From an uncultured Acidobacteriota bacterium (GTDB taxonomy: Bacteria > Acidobacteriota > Vicinamibacteria > Vicinamibacterales > 2-12-FULL-66-21), in assembly GCA_963750935.1 (NCBI GenBank), contig CAVVSR010000002.1, positions 14,029 through 78,028 of the forward strand: a DNA stretch of 64,000 nt. The letters run 5' to 3'. The notes beneath the pieces were generated by a model that ran no database searches, was not told the DNA's origin, and saw only the letters and a list, made by a program, of their open reading frames with translations. This document shows positions 30,460 through 43,106 of the stretch, piece after piece. A program made the translations under genes and the position numbers. Position 1 is the first letter of the stretch. Every line of letters begins with the position of its first letter.

Positions 30460-31725
30460 ATGCCAAGTCATTCGATCGAACGGGCCTATGAGAGCGCCCG
30501 TGACCGCTATGCCGAACTCGGCGTCAACGCCGACGCGGCGCTCAGCCGTCTCGCCGGCGTACCGATCTCACTCCATTGCTGGCAGGGTGATGATGTCGGC
30601 GGGTTCGAGCATTTCGGAACCGGCCTCGGCGGCGGCCTGGCCGCCACCGGCAACTATCCCGGCAAGGCCCGCACGCCGGACGAGCTGCGATCGGACGCCC
30701 AGAAGGCGTTCTCGCTGATCCCCGGACGGCACCGCTTCAACCTGCACGCCTTCTACGGCGAATTCGGCGGCCGCACCGTCGACCGCGACCAGATCGGCCC
30801 GCAGCATTTCGAGGGCTGGATCGACTGGGCCAGGCGGCTGGGCATCGGGCTCGACTTCAACCCGACCTTCTTCTCGCATCCGAACGCGGCCGACAACTTC
30901 ACGCTGTCGCACGCCGACACCGCCATCCGCGAGTTCTGGATCGCGCACGGCGTGGCGTGCCGGCGTATCGGCGCCACGATCGGCAAGAGCCTCAACAACA
31001 CCTGCGTCACGAACTTCTGGATCCCGGACGGCATGAAGGACACGCCGGTCGATCGGGTGCAGCCGCGCGAGCGCCTGATCACGGCGCTCGATGCCATCTT
31101 CGACGATGCGGTCGACCCCGCGCACAACCTGGATGCGGTGGAAGGCAAGCTGTTCGGGATCGGCTGCGAGAGCTACACCGTCGGCTCGCACGAGTTCTAC
31201 TACGGCTACGCGGTGTCGCGCCGCAAGCTGCTGACGCTGGACTCGGGCCACTACCATCCCACCGAGACCGTCACCGACAAGATCAGCTCGGTGCTGATAT
31301 TCCTGCCGGAGATCCTCCTGCACGTCAGCCGCGGCGTCCGCTGGGACAGCGATCACGTGGTCGTGCTCAACGACGACCTCGAAGCGGTCGGACAGGAGCT
31401 GGTGCGCGGCAACTTCCTCGATCGGGTGCACATCGGGCTGGACTACTTCGACGCCAGCATCAACCGCGTCGCGGCGTGGACGATCGGCACCCGGAACATG
31501 ATCAAGTCTCTGCTGAAGGCGCTCCTCGAGCCGACGGACACGCTGCGCACGCTCGAGGCCAACGGTGATTACACGGAGCGCCTGGCGCTGCTCGAGGAGA
31601 TCAAGACCCTGCCGTTCGGCGCCGTCTGGGATCGCTACTGCGAGACGTCGGGCGTTCCGGTCGGCGGGGCATGGCTGAAGGACATCAAGACGTACGAGGA
31701 ACAGGTCCTCGCCGGACGGTCGTGA
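30460..31725 (+). CDS. rhaA: L-rhamnose isomerase
   Basis: It looks collinear with my recollection of E. coli RhaA: [83 protein letters not shown]. Confidence 0.9.
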   Translation: MPSHSIERAYESARDRYAELGVNADAALSRLAGVPISLHCWQGDDVGGFEHFGTGLGGGLAATGNYPGKARTPDELRSDAQKAFSLIPGRHRFNLHAFYGEFGGRTVDRDQIGPQHFEGWIDWARRLGIGLDFNPTFFSHPNAADNFTLSHADTAIREFWIAHGVACRRIGATIGKSLNNTCVTNFWIPDGMKDTPVDRVQPRERLITALDAIFDDAVDPAHNLDAVEGKLFGIGCESYTVGSHEFYYGYAVSRRKLLTLDSGHYHPTETVTDKISSVLIFLPEILLHVSRGVRWDSDHVVVLNDDLEAVGQELVRGNFLDRVHIGLDYFDASINRVAAWTIGTRNMIKSLLKALLEPTDTLRTLEANGDYTERLALLEEIKTLPFGAVWDRYCETSGVPVGGAWLKDIKTYEEQVLAGRS

Positions 31726-32042
31726 TCCGGCGGGCCTTCCGGATGTCCGTCAATCCCGGCCAGCGGGACGAGTATGCGCGCCGCCATCAGCCGATCTGGC
31801 AGGAACTGGCGGACACGCTGCGGGCGCACGGCGTCCAGACCTACTCGATCTTCGTGGACCAGGACACCAACGATCTGTTTGCCTATGTGGAGTTCGACAG
31901 CATCGAACGCTGGGAAGCGGTCGCTGCGACCGATGTCTGCCGCCGCTGGTGGCACCACATGCGGGATGTGATGCCGGCGACCGATGACGGCCAGCCGCTC
32001 AGCCGGACCTTGACCGAAGTGTTTCACCTCGGGCGACATTGA
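31722..32042 (+). CDS. rhaM: L-rhamnose mutarotase
   Basis: GTG 31722 overlaps the rhaA stop (GTGA). The 106-aa product shows RhaM-like sequence: [57 protein letters not shown]. Confidence 0.85.
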   Translation: MIRRAFRMSVNPGQRDEYARRHQPIWQELADTLRAHGVQTYSIFVDQDTNDLFAYVEFDSIERWEAVAATDVCRRWWHHMRDVMPATDDGQPLSRTLTEVFHLGRH

Positions 32043-32054
32043 TTCCCTGACCTC

Positions 32055-33396
32055 ATGATGGACTCGAAGCCTTCCGCCACCGCCTCTGTCACAGCCGCGA
32101 GCGGCCCCTGGTATCGCGAGCTGAATCGCGGCCACTGGTTCGTGCTCATCGTCGCGTCGCTCGGCTGGCTGTTCGACACGATGGACCAGCAGCTGTTCAA
32201 CCTGGCGCGGCGGCCGGCGGTTGCCGAGCTGCTCGGGCCGGGACGCGACGCCGGCGATGATCGCCGAGTACTCGGGCTACGCGACGACGATCTTCATCAT
32301 CGGCTGGGCGACCGGAGGCGTCTACTTCGGCATCCTCGGCGACCGCGTCGGCCGCGCCCGGACGATGGTCTACACCATCCTGCTGTATTCGATGTTCACC
32401 GGCCTGAGCGTGTTCTCGGTCGGCGTCTGGGACTTCGCGTTCTACCGGTTCCTGACCGGCCTTGGCGTCGGCGGGCAGTTCGCCGTCGGGGTGGCGCTGG
32501 TCGCCGAGTCGCTGCCCGATCGCGCGCGCCCGTATGCGCTCGGCTGGCTGCAGGCGTCCTCGGCGATCGGGAACATGATGGCGGCGACCGCCGGCATCAT
32601 CCTCGGCCAGATGCAGTCGGCCGGCTACATCGACAGCGCGTGGCGGGCGATGTTCCTGGTCGGCTCGCTGCCGGCGCTCCTCTGCATCGTCGTGTTCAAG
32701 AAGCTGAAGGAGCCCGAGCGATGGCAGCGGGAAGCCAAGACCGGACACAAACGCGGCTCGATGGGTGAGCTGTTCTCCGATCCGCGCTGGCGCTACAACG
32801 CCATCGTCGGGATGCTGCTGGCGTTCGCGGGCGTGGTCGGGTTGTGGGGCATCGGATTCTTCAGCTTCGATCTGTTCCGCTCGGTGCTGGAGCGGTCGAA
32901 CCTGCCGCCCGGAGAGATCACGTTCTGGATCGGGATGACGTCGCTGCTGCAGAACGCCGGCGCGTTCTTCGGCATTTACGCCTTCACGCACCTGACGCAG
33001 AAGATCGGCCGCCGCCCCGCGTTCGCGATTGCCTTCGTGGCGGCGATGCTGTCGACCGCGTACACGTTCTGGAACCTGAACACGTTCAGCGACATCTTCT
33101 GGATGATCCCGCTGATGGGCTTCTGCCAGCTTGCGCTGTTCGGCGGCTACGCGATCTACCTGCCGGAGCTGTTCCCGACGCGCCTGCGCAGCACGGGCAC
33201 GTCGTTCTGTTACAACGTCGGACGGTTCGTGGCCGCGATCGGGCCGCTGGCGCTCGGGCTGCTCACCAGCCGCGTCTACGCGGGGTATCCCGAGCCGATG
33301 CGCTACGCCGGCGTCACGATGTGCCTGGTGTTCCTGATCGGGCTGGCCACGGTGCCGTTCGCCCCAGAGACCAAAGGAAAGCCGCTCCCCGAATGA
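32055..33396 (+). pseudogene. MFS transporter; frame broken near 32236-32242
   Basis: The N-terminal ~60 aa (WFVLIVASLGWLFDTMDQQLFNLARRPAVAELLGP) are in ORF 32055..32768. The remaining 12-TM body (DATPAMIAEYSGYATTIFIIGW...TKGKPLPE) is in ORF 32221..33396. Confidence 0.7.
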
Positions 33397-34274
33397 GCCT
33401 GTATCCCATTGCCGCCATCACCGACGAGTTCTCGCCGGCCGACCTCGACGCCTCGCTGAAGCGCATGGCGGAGGTCGGCATGACCGGCGCCGAGCTCCGC
33501 GTCGCCTTCGGCAAGAACATGATCGACCTCAGCGACGACGAGGTCGCGAAGGTGCGCGAGGCTGTCACGGCGCACGGCATGGAGGTCGTGTCGCTGGCCT
33601 CGCCGCTGCTGAAGTGCGTGCTGCCGGACTCGCCGCCGCTCGACAGCCGCGTCCAGCACGACGTGTTCGGCTCGGCCCACACCTACGAGGACCAGCCGCG
33701 CCTGACGCGCCGGGCCTTCGAGGTCGCGGAGCGCACCGGCGCGAAGATCATCCGCGTCTTCTCGTACTGGCGCACCGTCGAGCCGCAGAAGACCTACGAT
33801 CGGGTCGCGTCGGCGCTCGCCGCGCTCGGCGACGAGGCGGCGAGCCGCGGCATGACGATCGCCCTCGAGAACGAGCACGCGTGCAACGTCGCCACCGCGG
33901 CCGAGACGGCGACGCTCCTCGCGACCTTCCGCCATCCGGCCGTGAAGGTCCTGTGGGACCCCGCCAATGCCTCGATCCTCGGGGAGGTGCCGTTCCCGGA
34001 CGGGTACGCGAAGCTGCCGGTCGATCAGATCATCCACGTGCACGCGAAGGACTGTTTCGTGAAGGACTTCAAGCCGACGTGGGGACCGGTGGGGGAGATG
34101 GGCATCGACTGGCGCGGCCAGATCGACGCGCTGGTCCGCGACGGCTACAAGGGCTGGATCAGCCTCGAGACCCACTGGACCGGCCCGAACGGCGACAAGT
34201 TCGAGGCGAGCACGATCTGCGGGCGGAATCTCAAGGCGCTCGTGGACCGATCGGGACTGGGGACGCGGGACTAA
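33393..34274 (+). CDS. sugar phosphate isomerase/epimerase (xylose-isomerase-like TIM barrel)
   Basis: ATG 33393 overlaps the MFS stop (ATGA). The 293-aa product carries IIRVFSYW, IALENEH, HVHAKD, WISLETHW. Its last 7 codons are part of the GGGACNN array. Confidence 0.75.
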   Translation: MSLYPIAAITDEFSPADLDASLKRMAEVGMTGAELRVAFGKNMIDLSDDEVAKVREAVTAHGMEVVSLASPLLKCVLPDSPPLDSRVQHDVFGSAHTYEDQPRLTRRAFEVAERTGAKIIRVFSYWRTVEPQKTYDRVASALAALGDEAASRGMTIALENEHACNVATAAETATLLATFRHPAVKVLWDPANASILGEVPFPDGYAKLPVDQIIHVHAKDCFVKDFKPTWGPVGEMGIDWRGQIDALVRDGYKGWISLETHWTGPNGDKFEASTICGRNLKALVDRSGLGTRD

Positions 34275-34328
34275 GGGACTCGGGACTCGGGACTCGGGAC
34301 GCGGGACGCGGGACGCGGGACGGGGGAC
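34253..34328 (+). repeat. tandem heptamer array GGGACNN, 11 units (11 G3 tracts)
   Basis: GGGAC starts at 34253, 34260, 34267, 34275, 34282, 34289, 34296, 34303, 34310, 34317 and 34324. The array spans the stop codon (34272-34274) and ends 4 nt before ATG 34333. Confidence 0.9.
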
Positions 34329-34332
34329 TGGA

Positions 34333-35157
34333 ATGAAGTTCGCGACGTGCAACGAACATTTCAAGGACTGGCCGTTCGAACGCGTCTGCCGCTACGTCAA
34401 GAGCGTCGGTTACGAGGGAGTGGAGGTCGCTCCATTCACGCTCGCGCCGATGATCACCGACCTGGGCGCCGACGACCGCCGGCGGTTGCGTCAGCAGGCC
34501 GACGAGGCCGGGGTGCAGATCATCGGGTTGCACTGGCTGCTTGCCGGCACGAGCGGCTTCTATCTGACGTCCCCCGACCGCGACGTGCGCCAGCGCACGG
34601 CCGACTACCTCGGCGAACTCGCCAGGGCGACGAAGGACTTCGGCGGCGACTTGATGGTGTTCGGCTCGCCGAAGCAACGGTCGCTGCTGCCGGGCGTGTC
34701 CTGGGAACAGGCCTTCGACTTCGCGGCCGAGACGTTCCGCCAGGCGATGCCGGCGATCGCCGACTGCGGCGTCATGCTCTGTATCGAGCCGCTGGCCCCG
34801 GCCGAAACGGACTTTCTGAACACGTGCGAGGAGGGGGCGCGGCTGATGGAGGCCGTGGCGCACCCGAACTTCGTGCTGCACCTCGACGTGAAGGCGATGT
34901 CCAGCGAGGGTCGATCGGTGCCCGAGTTGATCCGCCAGTACATTCCGCGCACCGGACACTTCCACGCCAACGATCCGAACCTGAAAGGCCCGGGCTTCGG
35001 CGACGTCGACTTCGTGCCGATCTTCAAGGCGCTGCGCGAAAGCGGCTACGACCGCTGGGTGTCAGTGGAAGTCTTCGACTACACGCCAGACCCGGAAACC
35101 ATCGCGACGAAGAGCATCGACTACATGAAGCGGACGCTCGCGGAAGCGAGCGCGTAG
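34333..35157 (+). CDS. sugar phosphate isomerase/epimerase (xylose-isomerase-like TIM barrel)
   Basis: Intact 274-aa ORF with GYEGVEVAPF, LCIEPL, HLDVKAM, HFHANDPN, WVSVEVFD. Confidence 0.75.
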   Translation: MKFATCNEHFKDWPFERVCRYVKSVGYEGVEVAPFTLAPMITDLGADDRRRLRQQADEAGVQIIGLHWLLAGTSGFYLTSPDRDVRQRTADYLGELARATKDFGGDLMVFGSPKQRSLLPGVSWEQAFDFAAETFRQAMPAIADCGVMLCIEPLAPAETDFLNTCEEGARLMEAVAHPNFVLHLDVKAMSSEGRSVPELIRQYIPRTGHFHANDPNLKGPGFGDVDFVPIFKALRESGYDRWVSVEVFDYTPDPETIATKSIDYMKRTLAEASA

Positions 35158-36828
35158 TCACTTCCCATTCATCACGAACGTCCACAACGTATCCCCTGAC
35201 GCCGCGACGACGAACTGCTTGCCGTCGAGCTCGTAGGTGATCGGGCCGTTCGTGATCGGTCCGTTGATGCCGGCGTGCCACAGCGCCTGGCCGTTCGTGG
35301 CGTCCAGCGCCACGATGTCGTTCGACGGGCCGCCGGTGAAGAGCACGTTGCCGGCGGTGGAGACGAGCCCGGTGCGGGCCGCGTTGCCTTCCCACTTGTG
35401 CGTCCACCGCACCTTGCCGGTCTTGTAGTCGATGGCCTGCAGCATCGATTCCGACCAGCCGCCGCGATCGAAGCCGCCCCATCCCTGCGGGTTCTCGCTC
35501 GGGTCGTAGATGTAATAGATGCTGAAGGCGCGCGCCGCGCTGACGTAGAACAACCCGGTCGCCGGACTGAAGCTCGGCGACTGCCAGTTGGTCGCTCCGC
35601 CCTGATTGGGCGAGACCAGCGCGCCGTCGACCTGCGGGTGCTTCTCCGGTTTCGGGATCGGCTGGCCGCGCTTGTCGTAGCCGCTCCACCAGTTGCTCTT
35701 GACGTATTCGGCCGAGACGATCGCCTTGCCGGTGACGCGATCGAGCAGGAAGTAGTGGCCGTTTCTCGCCGCCTGCGCGATCAGCTTCCGCTTCTGGCCG
35801 TTCACCTCGTCGTCGATCAGCACCGCGGTCTGCGTCGAGTCCCAGTCGTGCGTGTCGTGCGGCGACGACTGGAAGTACCACACCATCTGGCCGGTGTCGG
35901 CCTTGACCGCGACGATCGAGCCGGTGAACAGGTTGTCGCCGGCGCGGTTCTTGTGGGCGATGACCGGCTGCGGGTTGCCGGTGGTGACGTAGATGTAGTT
36001 GAGCTCCGGGTCGTAGGTGATCGGCTGCCACGTCATGCCGCCGCCGTGGCGCATCATGTCCTCGTTCGGCCAGCTCTCCGAGCCCGTTTCGCCGGCCTTC
36101 TGCGGCACCGTATACCAGCGCCATTCGAACTCGCCGCTCTCCAGGTTGTGGGACTGGATGTAGCCGGGAATGTCGAAGTCGTCGCCGCTGACGCCGACGA
36201 TCAGGCTGTTGTTGACGACCGTCGGCGCGACCGAGGCGTAGTAGAAGCGGTCGATGTCGCAGATCTGCTTGCGCCAGCGCTCCTTGCCGTCCTTGACGTT
36301 CAGCGAGATCAGGAAGCAGTCAGGCGTTTCGAAGTAGAGCCAGTCCTGGTAGATGGCGACGCCGCGATTGCCCAGGTGATTGCCGCCGGTCGTCTGCCAC
36401 TGGTAATGCCAGACCTCCCGACCCGTCCGCGCGTCGACCGCCCACACATGGTCGGGCACGGTGAAGTAGAGGATGCCGTTGACCAGGAGCGGCGTGCTCT
36501 TGATCGCGCCGAGTCCGGTGCCGGTGATCCGGTAGATCCAGCCCAGGCTCAGCTGATGGACGTTGCCGCTGGTGATCTTCGTCAGCGGGCTGAATCGTCG
36601 GCCCGAGTAGTCGCCGTTGAACGTCGGCCAGCTGTCGGTCGGCGGCTTGAGGAAAGCCGCGGGATCGACGCGGGATTGCGGGGTCAGCGTGACCGTCGCG
36701 GCGACCAACAACAAGAGACGACCCCCAGGCGCCGCCGTCCCGCAGAGTCGGTGGAGTCGGAATCCGCCTGTGCTCGCCTGAGGGTTATGCGAGCTCCGGC
36801 GAGGTCTCGCCGTAGCGCGCGCTGTCAC
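35158..36828 (-). CDS. PQQ-dependent dehydrogenase, methanol/ethanol (quinoprotein ADH) family
   Basis: 556-aa ORF starting at GTG, with a long N-region before the hydrophobic LLLLVAATVTL (start uncertain). It is an eight-bladed propeller with W-docking repeats (LSLGWIY, VWAVDARTGREVW, MVWYFQSSPHDTHDWD, ALDATNGQALW). It lies directly downstream of a cytochrome c gene. Confidence 0.8.
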   Translation of the reverse strand: MTARATARPRRSSHNPQASTGGFRLHRLCGTAAPGGRLLLLVAATVTLTPQSRVDPAAFLKPPTDSWPTFNGDYSGRRFSPLTKITSGNVHQLSLGWIYRITGTGLGAIKSTPLLVNGILYFTVPDHVWAVDARTGREVWHYQWQTTGGNHLGNRGVAIYQDWLYFETPDCFLISLNVKDGKERWRKQICDIDRFYYASVAPTVVNNSLIVGVSGDDFDIPGYIQSHNLESGEFEWRWYTVPQKAGETGSESWPNEDMMRHGGGMTWQPITYDPELNYIYVTTGNPQPVIAHKNRAGDNLFTGSIVAVKADTGQMVWYFQSSPHDTHDWDSTQTAVLIDDEVNGQKRKLIAQAARNGHYFLLDRVTGKAIVSAEYVKSNWWSGYDKRGQPIPKPEKHPQVDGALVSPNQGGATNWQSPSFSPATGLFYVSAARAFSIYYIYDPSENPQGWGGFDRGGWSESMLQAIDYKTGKVRWTHKWEGNAARTGLVSTAGNVLFTGGPSNDIVALDATNGQALWHAGINGPITNGPITYELDGKQFVVAASGDTLWTFVMNGK

Positions 36829-36847
36829 CCAGGCCGCGCGCGAAGGC

Positions 36848-36867
36848 GGAGGAGTTGGGAGTTGAGG
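36848..36867. repeat. short GGAGTTG heptamer repeat (2 units)
   Basis: gcggagGAGTTGGGAGTTGagg lies between the cytochrome c stop and the quinoprotein start. It is the same unit family as the 2494-2521 array. Confidence 0.6.
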
Positions 36868-36873
36868 CTACTC

Positions 36874-38013
36874 TCATTTCAACGACTCCAGATACGCGAC
36901 CACGTCGTGCATCGCCTTGTCGGTCAGTCGGTCGAGCAGTTCGATGTGGGCAGCGAACGGATCCTTCCGCTCGATCTTCATGTCGGGAGTGCGCGCCAGG
37001 GAGCGGTACTCGCCCGAGGCGTCGCGCAGCGACACGTGGAAGTCGTCGATGCTGACCAGGACCCCCGACAGCGTCTGGCCGTTGGCCATGGTGACGGTCG
37101 CGGTGACCTGGGTGCGCGTGTTGCTGCCGCCGCGTCCGCGGCCGCCGGCGGCGAACGGGAACACGAACCGCTGCTGGATGTCGACCGGCTGATAGCGCTT
37201 GCCGTAGCCGGCGAGGTCGCCGGTCGGCGAATGGCAGCCGCTGCAGCGTCCTTCGCCGGTGAAGTAGGCCTGGCCCGCCTTCGGGTCGCCGGTGAGGACG
37301 TCCTTGACGTCGAACTCCGGGGATCCACGGAGCGTGTTGTTGATCCGATCCCAGATGAAGTGCGAGAGGTCCGTAATCTGCGCGTCGGTCAGCGCGGTGC
37401 TCGACTTCGACGTCTGCATCGGATGTCCCTGCTTGAGGAACGGACCGATGGCGCTGCCGTAGCGATCGCGGAGGACGCGAGTCGAGCGGACCAGGTTGGC
37501 GCCGCGCTCGGTGCCGCGCGCGCTGGGACCATGGCACGTGACGCATTCAGCCGCGTAGATCTTGCGTCCGCGATCCGCGGCCGCCGGTTCGACGCGATGA
37601 CGATCGGCCGCGCCGACGTTCGCCCGCGGCCCGCGGCCGGCGGCCCCGGGTGCCGCGGCGGCGGTCTGCGCCAGGCTGTCGCGGCTGTGGTACTTCGTCA
37701 GGTAGTTGAGGATGATGTCGAACTCATCCGCGGCGATCACCGCGCCGCGCGAAGTCTGCATCGCCACCATCGTGTTCTCCCACTGCGACCGCGACCGCCC
37801 TTCGGCGGTGACGCGCTCCGCGGGATGGCACTTGAGGCAGGCGCGGAGGAACGCCTGCCGTCCCTTTTCGTCTTCCGCGGTCAGCTGCGGCGGCTTCGCC
37901 GGTTCCTGGGCGGCTCCGGACATCCAGCCGGCCGCGAGGACGACGAACGCCGACGCGATGCCGAACGGGGCGGCGCGGCGATGGCGCCGGAACATCGACA
38001 AGATGGTCGTCAT
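36874..38013 (-). CDS. c-type cytochrome with three CxxCH haem-binding sites
   Basis: This is the real part of ORF 36874..38940(-), starting at MTTILSMFRRHRRAAPFGIASAFVVLAAG (38013). Haem sites: CLKCH, CVTCH, CSGCH. Confidence 0.8.
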   Translation of the reverse strand: MTTILSMFRRHRRAAPFGIASAFVVLAAGWMSGAAQEPAKPPQLTAEDEKGRQAFLRACLKCHPAERVTAEGRSRSQWENTMVAMQTSRGAVIAADEFDIILNYLTKYHSRDSLAQTAAAAPGAAGRGPRANVGAADRHRVEPAAADRGRKIYAAECVTCHGPSARGTERGANLVRSTRVLRDRYGSAIGPFLKQGHPMQTSKSSTALTDAQITDLSHFIWDRINNTLRGSPEFDVKDVLTGDPKAGQAYFTGEGRCSGCHSPTGDLAGYGKRYQPVDIQQRFVFPFAAGGRGRGGSNTRTQVTATVTMANGQTLSGVLVSIDDFHVSLRDASGEYRSLARTPDMKIERKDPFAAHIELLDRLTDKAMHDVVAYLESLK

Positions 38014-38121
38014 GGGCCTCACGATGATATCGAGAAACCGTCCGGCCGCGCGTGGTACTGCCGAGGCTGTTGTAGGATGCCCTGATGGCGTCGGCGCCCG
38101 ATTCGCGGGACGGATACGAGC

Positions 38122-39330
38122 ATGACTGAGCGGGCGGTCTACATCTGTGACGCCGTGCGCACGCCGTTCGGCCGCTATGGCGGCGCGCTCGCGGGTGTCA
38201 GGACCGACGACCTCGCGGCGATCCCCATTCAGGCGCTCCGCCACCGCAATCCCCGCGCCGACTGGCACCTCATCGACGACGTCCTGTACGGCTGCGCGAA
38301 CCAGGCGGGGGAGGACAACCGGAACGTCGCGCGCATGGCGCTGCTGCTCGCGGGCCTGCCGCACGAGGTGCCGGGTGCGACGGTGAACCGGCTGTGCGGA
38401 TCGAGCATGGAGGCGTTCACGCAGGGCGCGCGCGCCATCGCCAGCGGGGAGATGCAGCTGGTCGTCGCCGGCGGCGTCGAGAGCATGTCGCGGGCGCCCT
38501 TCGTGATGGGCAAGTCCGAGGCGCCGTTCGCGCGCAGCGTGCGCGTCGAAGACACCACGCTCGGCTGGCGGTTCGTGAACCCGAAGATGCAGGAGCTGTA
38601 CGGCGTCGACTCGATGGGCGAGACCGCGGAGAACGTCGCCGCGGAGTATGGGGTGTCGCGCGCCGATCAGGACGCGTTCGCGTTCCGCAGCCAGCAGCGC
38701 GCCGGCGCGGCCATGGCGGACGGCCGGCTCGCCGAGGAGATCGTTCCCGTCACGGTGCCGGCGCGGAAGGGCACGGCCACCGTCGCCGCCGACGAGCATC
38801 CGCGGACCGACACCACGCTCGAGGCGCTGGCCAAGCTGAAGCCGGTCGTCCGCCCCGACGGGACCGTCACCGCGGGCAATGCCTCCGGCATCAACGACGG
38901 TGCGTGCGCGATGCTGCTGGCGTCCGAGAAGGCGGTGCATGACTACGGTCTGCGGCCGCGCGCCCGCTACGTCGCGTCGGCGGTCGCCGGCGTCGCGCCC
39001 CGCATCATGGGGATCGGCCCGGTGACGGCCTCACAGAAGGTCCTGGCGCGCGCCGGGCTGCGCGTCGATCAGATGGATGTCATCGAGTTGAACGAAGCGT
39101 TCGCGGCGCAGGCGCTGGCCGTGCTGCGGGAGCTCGGCGTGCCGGACGACGCCGCGCACGTCAACCCGCTCGGCGGCGCGATCGCGCTCGGTCATCCGCT
39201 CGGCGCCAGCGGCGCCCGGCTCCTGACCACCGCGATGTATCAGCTCGTACGGACGCGCGGCCGCTACGCCCTCTGCACGATGTGCATCGGCGTCGGGCAG
39301 GGAATCGCGACCGTCATCGAGCGCGTCTGA
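38122..39330 (+). CDS. pcaF: 3-oxoadipyl-CoA thiolase (acetyl-CoA C-acyltransferase)
   Basis: 402-aa thiolase with VYICDAVRTPFGRYGGALAGVRTDDLAA (PcaF/PaaJ-type N-terminus), NRLCGSS, NASGINDGA, GHPLGASGARL, CIGVGQG. Confidence 0.85.
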   Translation: MTERAVYICDAVRTPFGRYGGALAGVRTDDLAAIPIQALRHRNPRADWHLIDDVLYGCANQAGEDNRNVARMALLLAGLPHEVPGATVNRLCGSSMEAFTQGARAIASGEMQLVVAGGVESMSRAPFVMGKSEAPFARSVRVEDTTLGWRFVNPKMQELYGVDSMGETAENVAAEYGVSRADQDAFAFRSQQRAGAAMADGRLAEEIVPVTVPARKGTATVAADEHPRTDTTLEALAKLKPVVRPDGTVTAGNASGINDGACAMLLASEKAVHDYGLRPRARYVASAVAGVAPRIMGIGPVTASQKVLARAGLRVDQMDVIELNEAFAAQALAVLRELGVPDDAAHVNPLGGAIALGHPLGASGARLLTTAMYQLVRTRGRYALCTMCIGVGQGIATVIERV

Positions 39331-39333
39331 CGA

Positions 39334-39375
39334 CGAAGTCAGAAGTCAGAAGGCAAAAGTCAGAAGTTAGAAGGC
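39334..39375. repeat. tandem heptamer array AGAAGTC-like, 6 units
   Basis: acgaagtc agaagtc agaaggc aaaagtc agaagtt agaaggc, immediately after the pcaF stop. Confidence 0.8.
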
Positions 39376-41806
<2,431 letters not shown>

Positions 41807-41810
<4 letters not shown>

Positions 41811-42511
41811 CGCGATTGAGCGATGCAGACGTGAAGGGAACGCAGCCGCCGCTGTTCTATCCGCGCTACAACTCCACGGTGCGGCGCGCGCCGTCGCAGC
41901 CGCTGATCCAGATCCCCCGTCACTTCGCGGATCTGTCGGCGCCGCTGTTCGGCGAGCTGCCGATCGGCGGCACCGACAACGACCTGACGCGGCAGCATGC
42001 CGGCGAGCCGCTCGGGGAGCGGATCGTCGTCGCCGGCCGGGTCCTGGACGAAGATGGGCGGGCGGTGCCGAACACGCTCGTCGAGCTCTGGCAGTGCAAT
42101 GCGGCGGGACGCTACATCCACACCCGCGACGATCATCCGGCGCCGCTCGACCCGAACTTCACCGGGGCGGGCCGCGCCATGACCGACGCGGAGGGGCGCT
42201 ACCGGTTCGTGACGATCAAGCCGGGCGCCTATCCGTGGCGCAATCACCCGAACGCGTGGCGGCCGGCGCACATTCACTTCTCGCTGTTCGGCACGTCGTT
42301 CCAGTCGCGGCTGGTCACCCAGATGTACTTCCCGAACGACCCGCTGTTTGCGCACGATCCGATCTATCAGTCGATCCCGGACCTTCGCGCGCGCGAGCGC
42401 ATGGTGTCCCGGTTCGACCTGGATCTCACCGAGCCCCTGTGGGCGCTCGGCTATCGGTTCGACATCGTGCTGCGCGGCCGCGAGTCGACGCCGTTCGAGC
42501 AGCGCACGTGA
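41807..42511 (+). CDS. pcaH: protocatechuate 3,4-dioxygenase beta subunit
   Basis: ATG 41807 overlaps the upstream stop (ATGA). Motifs: LVELWQCNAAGRYIH, GRYRFVTIKPGAYPWRNHPNAWRPAHIHFSLFG. Confidence 0.9.
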
Positions 42512-42518
42512 GCCGCCG

Positions 42519-43088
42519 ATGACCGACGACACCCGGCCGATCGCCACTCCGTCGCAGACCGTCGGCCCGTTTTTTCATTTCGGGATCGCGAAAGACGACT
42601 CGCTCGGGCAGATCGCCGGCGAGGCGACGCCGGGCGAGCGGATCCAGCTGCGGATCCGCGTCCTCGACGGCGATGGCGCGCCCGTCCCTGACGCCCTCCT
42701 CGAGCTCTATCAGGCCGACGCCGGCGGCCGCTACGGCTCCCCGACCGCGCCGGCAGGTGCCGGCTTCACCGGGTTTGGCCGGCTCGCGACCCATGCCGAC
42801 GGCACGTGCCTGTTCGAGACGGTGCGTCCCGGTCCGGTGCAGACCGCGCACGGGACCCAGGCCCCTCACATCCTGGTCTGCCTGCTCGCGCGGGGTCTGC
42901 TGCGGCAGGTTTACACGCGCATCTATTTCGCCGGCGATCCCGGGCACGACGTCGATCCCATCCTCGGACTCGTTCCAGCCGGTCGCCGGCAGACGCTGCT
43001 CGCGTCGCGGCCGGGCGAGGATGCATCCCTGTGGGAGTTCACCCTCAGGATGCAGGGTGACGCCGAAACCGTGTTCTTCGACGTCTGA
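42519..43088 (+). CDS. pcaG: protocatechuate 3,4-dioxygenase alpha subunit
   Basis: 189 aa with TPSQTVGPFFHFG, LELYQADAGGRY, TVRPGPV...APHILVCLLARGLLRQVYTRIYF. Confidence 0.9.
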   Translation: MTDDTRPIATPSQTVGPFFHFGIAKDDSLGQIAGEATPGERIQLRIRVLDGDGAPVPDALLELYQADAGGRYGSPTAPAGAGFTGFGRLATHADGTCLFETVRPGPVQTAHGTQAPHILVCLLARGLLRQVYTRIYFAGDPGHDVDPILGLVPAGRRQTLLASRPGEDASLWEFTLRMQGDAETVFFDV

Positions 43089-43106
43089 CGGCCTGCCCTC
43101 GTCTCC

